Source: Candidatus Brocadiia bacterium (GTDB lineage: Bacteria > Planctomycetota > Brocadiia > CAIUPP01). From it: a stretch of DNA of 53,226 nucleotides. Each line of letters starts with the position of its first letter. The stretch's first letter is position 1. The position numbers and the translations under genes were made by a program. Of this stretch, positions 47,362 to 53,226 are shown one piece after another. The notes under the pieces were generated by a model. It did no database searches, had not been told where the DNA came from, and worked only from the letters and a program-made list of their open reading frames with translations. The stretch spans positions 1 through 53,226 of the forward strand of contig JBEKCB010000035.1 of assembly GCA_050015075.1 (NCBI GenBank), in the 5' to 3' direction.

Positions 47362-47745
47362 CTACTTTCGTCGCAGGTGGTCAAGCTGAACCCACTCGCC
47401 GGCCGCATCTTTGAATTGCCAAAACGTCCAGCCATTAACATGCCGCCCGATGGCCGCCTTGCCGGCCCACGACGGGGAGGTATAGATGGTGCCGTTGAAG
47501 TATGCCCTGCCGTCGCCGCGAACTTATGCGTTGCCCGAATCTTGAACCACTTCTTGACGTAGGGTGCCAGTGTGGGTTCGCGCGACGTGTTTTTCTCAGC
47601 GGTCCTTCTGGTTGCCTGGCGGCGCTGGCGCACGCGATGGTCACGCCCACCGAGGGCGTTGCGCCGTTCTGCGTCTTGTGCTCGTTTCACCGCCGCGTCC
47701 AGTCGCGCCCACAGGTCGAAGGCATGAGGTAGTCTGCCCGTTGAG
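47362..47745 (-). pseudogene. Frameshifted remnant of a RAMA/DUF4357-like domain gene
   Basis: EPTLAPYVKKWFKIRATHK in one frame continues in another as RGDGRAYFNGTIYTSPSWAGKAAIGRHVNGWTFWQFKDAAGEWVQLDHLRRK-stop (SPS..A / NGW.FW / L..LR signature). 5' end uncertain. Confidence 0.6.
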
Positions 47746-48065
47746 GCGTTCTAGAGGCCGTTTTCGGCCCCGAAATCACACGAAAAGCTCCCACAACAGG
47801 GAATTCTCCAAAAAATTAGACCCCAGTAATCATTGGGGTTTGTGAAAATTTGGAAAAAATCCGCGTCCGTGCCTTTGCTCGTCCCCCGAGAAAAAACCCC
47901 AGCAAAACCGCTACATATGAAAAACGCCCCCGCGAAAACCCGCGTAAACATTGGCTGAAATATATGTTGAACGCGCCTTGAACTTTGCCCCAGGGGTATG
48001 GGGGTGGAGTTACGAGGCGAGCGCCTCATTCCGCCCCCGAGAGCATTCCTGTAGGAGGGCGTCGG

Positions 48066-48656
48066 ATGAGTGAGAACCTGGTCGTACCGGAGCGGCACGT
48101 CACCGCTCCGGAGGCAGGCGTCGGGCAGGGCGCGGCTGTGGATGTTCAGGCCGCTGCCGTGGCAGACTCGCTGGCGTCGAGCGCTGCCGCGAAAGCTCCT
48201 GGCGAGCCGTCCGCGAGATCGGAGAGGCGCTCTAACCGTGACTGGTTCCGCGCGTTGACCGGGCGTGAGGCGGACGCTGCCAAGCCGGTGGGCGTCGTGT
48301 TGGTCATCGATTCCAACGACAGCGACGACAGTGATGACAACGATGACAACGACGACAGCGATAACACTGGCGCAGTCAGCGAATTCCATACCCTTTGCGA
48401 TACTGAATGGGGTGACAAAGAGGTTCTCGACCTCCATACGGCGTCGGACGCCCAGCGGGCTGCGTGGCAAGAATTCCTCAAACGTTTTGAAGGCACGGAG
48501 TACATTTCGTTCCCCGCTGTCGCGGCTCTCTTGTTCGGCCACCTCGGCTGTTACCTGTGGGACGCGAACACGGATGAGCACATTTATAGCAATGTTGAAC
48601 TAGCTGACGTATTGATGATTGGTTTCAGCTGGGGCCGGGCGGCTGCAGGTGCGTGA
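48066..48656 (+). CDS. Hypothetical protein with an Asp-rich low-complexity insert; probably mobile-element derived
   Basis: ATG at 48066 after AGGAGG; DSNDSDDSDDNDDNDDSDN tract. Confidence 0.5.
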   Translation: MSENLVVPERHVTAPEAGVGQGAAVDVQAAAVADSLASSAAAKAPGEPSARSERRSNRDWFRALTGREADAAKPVGVVLVIDSNDSDDSDDNDDNDDSDNTGAVSEFHTLCDTEWGDKEVLDLHTASDAQRAAWQEFLKRFEGTEYISFPAVAALLFGHLGCYLWDANTDEHIYSNVELADVLMIGFSWGRAAAGA

Positions 48657-48879
48657 TTGCTGGACCAAGGCCGGCGCGGTGTGCGTTTCCCGCGTCCGGC
48701 CGGCGGTCGGCGGCAAGCGCCATCTGAACCCGTGACGGAGGTGCAAGACGCAGAGCACGGCTCGTCCCCGACGGCGTGAGACTCCCCCATGGACATGGAT
48801 ATGGACACGGTCGCACCGGGACGGAGGATGCTCCTGCGTCCACGAGAGCTATCATTAACTAATGTGGAGCGAGCGCGCC

Positions 48880-49599
48880 ATGTCGAAAAGTAATCCCCCT
48901 GATGATGCGCGAGATGAACCCGCTGCGTTGAACACAATCACCGACCAACGAGTCCAGCCCGTCACGGTGCAGGAAGTCCAACCCACGGCCGACGAAGCTG
49001 AATCAAGGGCCGGTAACGAACGACTTGAAGCCCAGTCGCTCGCCGGCGGGTCTCTGGACTTAAACGCGCTGCGACTGCCGCAGAACTTCAACCAGATGGC
49101 CGGCGTCAGGAAGGTTCTTCAAACGGTGCCGGTGAGGAAACCCCACCGACAGGAATGGGTCTGGGTTCGACCCGACGAGGGCTGGCGCTTGGCGACAGCC
49201 ATAGTCGAAAACCACGATGACCACGAGGTATACTTGGTTCTGCCGAACATGTTGGAGACCCTGCTCGCGGAATGGGTGCCATGCCTGCTGGTGACGACGC
49301 AGACGCGCGGCGGGACGGTTTTCCTTTGGCCAGTCCGCCTGCCCAACGACGATAAGCGCCCCAACGCCTGGAACCAGAGCGCGCTTGAGATCGTGCAGGG
49401 GCACGCTGGCCGCTGGATTCGCGTCGCCTCCAACATGGAACTCGGCGCCTACGAACTCTCCCTACCCCAGGGCGAAATTCCACCCCCGGTCTGGCCGGAC
49501 GTGGATTTCCAAACGCTGGTTAACCTCGCCTTCAAGGGCAAAATCATCGGCTCGCCGAACCATCCGGTCGTGAAGCGCCTGCGTGGGCTGGGGGCGTAA
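48880..49599 (+). CDS. Conserved hypothetical protein of prophage/integrative-element type
   Basis: LRLPQNF..VRKVL..VPVRKP...FLWPVRLP...NAW..SA...WIRV.SNM..GAYE...P.WP...HPVVKRLRG resembles a family recalled from phage-like replication modules; not verified. Confidence 0.65.
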   Translation: MSKSNPPDDARDEPAALNTITDQRVQPVTVQEVQPTADEAESRAGNERLEAQSLAGGSLDLNALRLPQNFNQMAGVRKVLQTVPVRKPHRQEWVWVRPDEGWRLATAIVENHDDHEVYLVLPNMLETLLAEWVPCLLVTTQTRGGTVFLWPVRLPNDDKRPNAWNQSALEIVQGHAGRWIRVASNMELGAYELSLPQGEIPPPVWPDVDFQTLVNLAFKGKIIGSPNHPVVKRLRGLGA

Positions 49600-49824
49600 A
49601 CCGGTGTTGCGGGCAACGGGGGACTTGGGGACTCGGAGAGGACGGCCTCTCGCCTTTCCCGTCTTGCGCCCCGTGACTTCTTCGCGGCGTTCAAGAATAC
49701 CGGCAAATGCGCCGTCTTCGTCCACCTGTAGTGCGTAAGGCACGGGTTTCTCCTCGAACGCGGCGTCGGCCAACGCGTCGGCAAGATAGGTGTCGGCGTA
49801 GGCGGCTAACGCTTGCACGAGCAT
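49600..49824 (-). pseudogene. cas8c: Truncated cas8c (csd1): only about 75 N-terminal codons remain
   Basis: MLVQALAAYAD...FEEKPVPYALQVDEDGAF...LRVPKS..RNTG overlaps the cas5 stop, with a GAGGAGG RBS. Beyond about 49600 the frame runs antisense through the + strand gene and stops at 49462. Confidence 0.8.
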
Positions 49825-50516
49825 AGCAACACCTCCTCTCGCTGGACCGGGTCGGACAACACGCGTTCGGGGGTCGTGTCGAGCACGCCGGTCTCCAACC
49901 GTGCGGCGAAGAACACCGGCTGATTGCCGACGTTGCCCGGTCGGAACGTCACGTCGTACAGCATCAACCCAAGATCGCGCGTTTCAGTGATCGGATGCTC
50001 CGAATCGTCCGGCGGGGCGAAGGAGCAGGCGAACTCGCGGCAGCCGAGGTACGGCCGGTGAAAGCACTGGCCTTTTTCGACTCGTCGCTGGAACATTTCC
50101 CGGTATTTGATCGGGCTGTTCTGGCCGTTCGGCTGATAGACGTGTGGCTCGGCCTCGATGACATAGGCCACGTCGCGCAGCGCCAGGGTATTGCGCGGAG
50201 TCGCCTCCTCGCTGCCAGCGCCAGCAGGAAACGGTTTGTAGGTTGAGGGGGCGCTGATCCACCCGTTGACGCTTCTTGGGGCAATCTTGCTCTGTACCTC
50301 GTTGCGTCGCACAGCGGCGAAGCGGACCGGTCTCAACACCTCAATGCGACGCACGACCCAGCGTATCTCGGGATGCCAGAGGATCGCTTCAAGCAACCCG
50401 CGCGCCGCCGAGGGCGTCATCACCTCATACGAGACGCGCTCTACCTTCATCTCCGGCCGGCTGAAACAGGCGTACGGACCGGCCACCCGCACACGAACGC
50501 AATCTCGGCCTGACAT
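49806..50516 (-). CDS. cas5: Type I-C CRISPR-associated Cas5 (Cas5d/Cas5c)
   Basis: GPYACFSRPEMKVERVSYEVMTPSAARG, RRNEV, LRDVAY, GQCFHRPYLGCREF, DLGLMLYD. Confidence 0.95.
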   Translation of the reverse strand: MSGRDCVRVRVAGPYACFSRPEMKVERVSYEVMTPSAARGLLEAILWHPEIRWVVRRIEVLRPVRFAAVRRNEVQSKIAPRSVNGWISAPSTYKPFPAGAGSEEATPRNTLALRDVAYVIEAEPHVYQPNGQNSPIKYREMFQRRVEKGQCFHRPYLGCREFACSFAPPDDSEHPITETRDLGLMLYDVTFRPGNVGNQPVFFAARLETGVLDTTPERVLSDPVQREEVLLCSCKR

Positions 50517-50540
50517 AACAGCGCCTCCTTTCCTCGAAAA

Positions 50541-52844
50541 CTAGACCATCAACGGCCCCGCCGGCGACAAGGCTAATCCAAGTTTCCGATCATAGCTGTT
50601 TTCCTGGGCGATCCAGACACCGGAACCCTGGGTGAGTTCGTAAACTGCACCGGTCGTCAACGCCCGCCGCAACTCCCAAGGTCGCAGTCCAACGCGATAA
50701 CGCTGAAGATGGCGCAGCAGCAGCATGTTTGGATGTCCCTCGTTGCGGAGTCTGGCGAGTAGCGCGCGGGCTTCATCGTCATAAGGGACGAGGACATCGT
50801 CCGTGGCGTCATCAATCAAGCGAAAGCGGTCCGCCACGGCAGGAAAGTTGAGTTGTCTACGAAGCGGCTGAACATCCCGTTCGTCCAAATCTGCCTGATA
50901 ATACCGATTGAAGTAGCCTCGCATCAGCGCGGGATCATTGAGCGACAACCGGTCATTGGAGAGCATAGCACGTGTGACATCTGTGGCCTCAGTGTAGGCG
51001 CCTGGCGGCGTAAACGGGACACCCTGCGGCAGGTCTGGTTCGAACACAATCACACGGCCTGCCGGTTTACCGGCCTGCGCCGTGGCAATCCCTTCACGGT
51101 CACATCGGCCTGCGGCCTGCACCAGACTGTCCAGCGGACCCAGGGCGCGAAAAACTACAGGGAAGTCAATGTCCACACCGGCCTCGACAACTTGCGTCGC
51201 CACCAGTCGACAAGGCCCGCCCGGCTTCGCCAAGGCGGACATCACAGCCTGAAGGGTGTCCAAGCGATGCTGAGGACACATGCGAGCGGACAGATGCCAT
51301 AGGTGATCCTGGTCCACGGCACCATGCCGGCGCAACTGCTCAAAGACGATGGCGGCATGTTCCTTGAGGTTCAGAATGCAAAGGGCGCGAGATTCGTCCG
51401 CGATGCGATGGGCCAAATGTTCCCATGTCCAAGGGCGGGAACCGGCTCGGTCGCTCGGCCATGACACCATGACGCGCTGGAGACGGGCAAAGAGCGCGGG
51501 CGGGTCGGCAACGATCTCACGCACTGTGCCCTTGGGCCAGCGCGGGTCCGTGGGCGGGGCTTCAGAATGTTTTTCAAACGCGGGCTGCGTGGCGGTGCAG
51601 AGAAGGAAAGTCGTGCTCCAGTCATCGGCCAGCGCGCGCATCATGGAGAGGATCGCAGCTAGGAGATGCCGAGGCAGGGTTTGGACCTCGTCCAAAATAA
51701 CGACAGAGCGTGCGATGTTGTGGAGTCGGCGGAGATCAGAAGGACGATTCGAGAAGAGGCTTTCAAAGAAGCGCACTGAAGTCGTCATAATGACCGGGGC
51801 ATTCCAATTCTCAACAGCCGCCTGCCAGCGACGTTCTTCTTCGCTTGGCGAGTCGTTGTCTCGCAAGCAACCCAAGGCCCCGGAATGATGCTCGACCACG
51901 CTGTTGTCCCCCATGGATCGAGCATATACCTGTGCGTTCTGTTCGATGATTGATAGGTAAGGCACGACAACGATGACGCGTCGCACCAGGTCCGGGTGAA
52001 GCGCCGCTCTGCGGAGGGCGAAGGCTAAGGAGGCCAGCGTCTTGCCGCCTCCCGTGGGCACAGTCAGCGACAGCAACTTCTCTGGCCAGACAGCAGCGTC
52101 CAGACAGCGTTCGAGGACCTGCCTTCGCACTTCCAGCACTGCGCATGTCATCCGGTCCGTCGGCAGGCTTTGCACATAGCGAAGCAGCCTTTGCAGCCGT
52201 TCCGTTGCATCGGCAAGAACAGCCGAATCAGGTGTTGAGTTGCTTGCGTCAAGCCGATCAGCGTCCACAAGGCAGCTTGCCAGCATGCGTACTATCAGGT
52301 CGAAGGCAATCGGATCCACCCCCCGAGGAACCGGTGGGGGAGCGCCGTCCAGACGAGGCAGGCCATCAACACTACCGTCAGAGCGGGCAAGCCTTAGCAG
52401 GGTCTCAGCAGCTTGAGCGTTCCGCTGGACGCGCTCGTGAAGGCTGCTCGCTCCACCCCGTGGCAATGTCAGGCCACTATGATGCCCCGCGACCGCGAAC
52501 GCGATATCGAGTGCATCTTGTTTGAACGCGTATGCGGAGCCTTGACCGGAGTGCTCAACTCTTGCATACTCCGCAAGATCACCTCCAGCACGAGAGCGAA
52601 GAAGGCGCTGGAAGTCCTCCGAGTATTTGCCTAGATCGTGCAATAGCCCAGCCCAGAGGGCGGCGCTGTGGAAACGGTTCCGCTCCGCACGCAACGGCTC
52701 CACGTCTGTCGGTTGCACAGGCTGGGATTCCCTGGCCAATCGTTGCGCCAACCCGCCAACGCACGCCAGGTGGTCTCTCAACAGTTGCCCGTCGGCAAGG
52801 GTTCCGCTCGGACCCGGACGCGCATAATATGAAACGCTCCCCAC
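50541..52844 (-). CDS. cas3: CRISPR-associated HD nuclease/helicase Cas3
   Basis: L.DHL, LLHDLGKY, AGHH.GL, SCLVDADRLD, PTGGGKT, DEVQ, TATQP, TQVVEAGVDIDF, QAAGRCDREG. Confidence 0.96.
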   Translation of the reverse strand: MGSVSYYARPGPSGTLADGQLLRDHLACVGGLAQRLARESQPVQPTDVEPLRAERNRFHSAALWAGLLHDLGKYSEDFQRLLRSRAGGDLAEYARVEHSGQGSAYAFKQDALDIAFAVAGHHSGLTLPRGGASSLHERVQRNAQAAETLLRLARSDGSVDGLPRLDGAPPPVPRGVDPIAFDLIVRMLASCLVDADRLDASNSTPDSAVLADATERLQRLLRYVQSLPTDRMTCAVLEVRRQVLERCLDAAVWPEKLLSLTVPTGGGKTLASLAFALRRAALHPDLVRRVIVVVPYLSIIEQNAQVYARSMGDNSVVEHHSGALGCLRDNDSPSEEERRWQAAVENWNAPVIMTTSVRFFESLFSNRPSDLRRLHNIARSVVILDEVQTLPRHLLAAILSMMRALADDWSTTFLLCTATQPAFEKHSEAPPTDPRWPKGTVREIVADPPALFARLQRVMVSWPSDRAGSRPWTWEHLAHRIADESRALCILNLKEHAAIVFEQLRRHGAVDQDHLWHLSARMCPQHRLDTLQAVMSALAKPGGPCRLVATQVVEAGVDIDFPVVFRALGPLDSLVQAAGRCDREGIATAQAGKPAGRVIVFEPDLPQGVPFTPPGAYTEATDVTRAMLSNDRLSLNDPALMRGYFNRYYQADLDERDVQPLRRQLNFPAVADRFRLIDDATDDVLVPYDDEARALLARLRNEGHPNMLLLRHLQRYRVGLRPWELRRALTTGAVYELTQGSGVWIAQENSYDRKLGLALSPAGPLMV

Positions 52845-53226
52845 GGCCTATGCCTCCACCTCGCGTGGGATCAAACCCCCTGAAGCGATAACATCAGTCG
52901 CCATGAGGGCGAAAGGCGCAACTCTGTTTCTGTTCACTTGGCACCCCGTCATCCCCCCTGATGAACGTCGGAATGCTGCCATGCCCCGGGCGATACTTTA
53001 CCAGAACGGACTGACAAACGGGTGACATTTTCGTCTCGAAAAGCGACTGCTATTCGGTGCTGGGCTGTTTACAAGGAGCGGACTGATTGTGGCGTCGCGG
53101 CAGCGAGCCACAATCCGTGGGATGCTGCTTCTGGGGATGCGGAAATGCAATACGGACGACGTTCCGCCCTTATAGCCGCCGTGCCAACATGATACGTACG
53201 TCGCCCCCCCCCCCCCCCCCCCCCCC

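Noticed and set aside
48788-48810. Short hexamer repeat CATGGA CATGGA TATGGA CACGG
   Set aside because: Too short and degenerate to call an iteron or functional repeat.
49462-49824. A complete miniature 120-aa Cas8c
   Set aside because: The last ~45 residues are merely antisense to the + strand gene; treated as a truncation.
53200-53226. GTCGCCCCCC resembling the start of a type I-C CRISPR repeat, followed by a 23-nt poly-C run
   Set aside because: Single partial match that runs into a terminal homopolymer, most likely a sequencing or assembly artefact. No repeat-spacer array is visible in 52845-53226.

Overview
High-GC bacterial window, probably from a Planctomycetota/PVC-like organism (inferred from gene content only). 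It is a mosaic of accessory DNA. From 0.5 to 26.9 kb it holds mostly sugar/aminosugar-modifying enzymes: NagB-like, amidohydrolases, class III and DegT aminotransferases, three Gfo/Idh/MocA, SDR, Eis-like GNAT, two ceramidase-family hydrolases, DHDPS-like, GH38 and a BNR sialidase-like protein. At 27.4-34.6 kb, behind a tRNA-fMet att remnant, is an operon of a PqqD/RRE protein fused to a lasso-leader-like tail, an HprK-like kinase, glycosyltransferases and a nucleotidyltransferase. At 35.7-36.8 kb two ORFs are joined by an in-frame UGA followed by a SECIS-like hairpin (candidate selenoprotein). The right third has an MmeI-like RM enzyme, secreted proteins, a GH1, a frameshifted RAMA-domain gene, MGE genes and a broken type I-C cas locus (cas3, cas5, truncated cas8c; no cas7 or array in view). 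Two unrelated HEPN-like genes 28 kb apart sit in the same cassette architecture: a shared 91-bp promoter/RBS leader and a tRNA-Pro-like att/recombinase-tail motif. Two genes appear to start at ACG behind strong SD sequences. All calls come from reading the sequence; no database searches were run.
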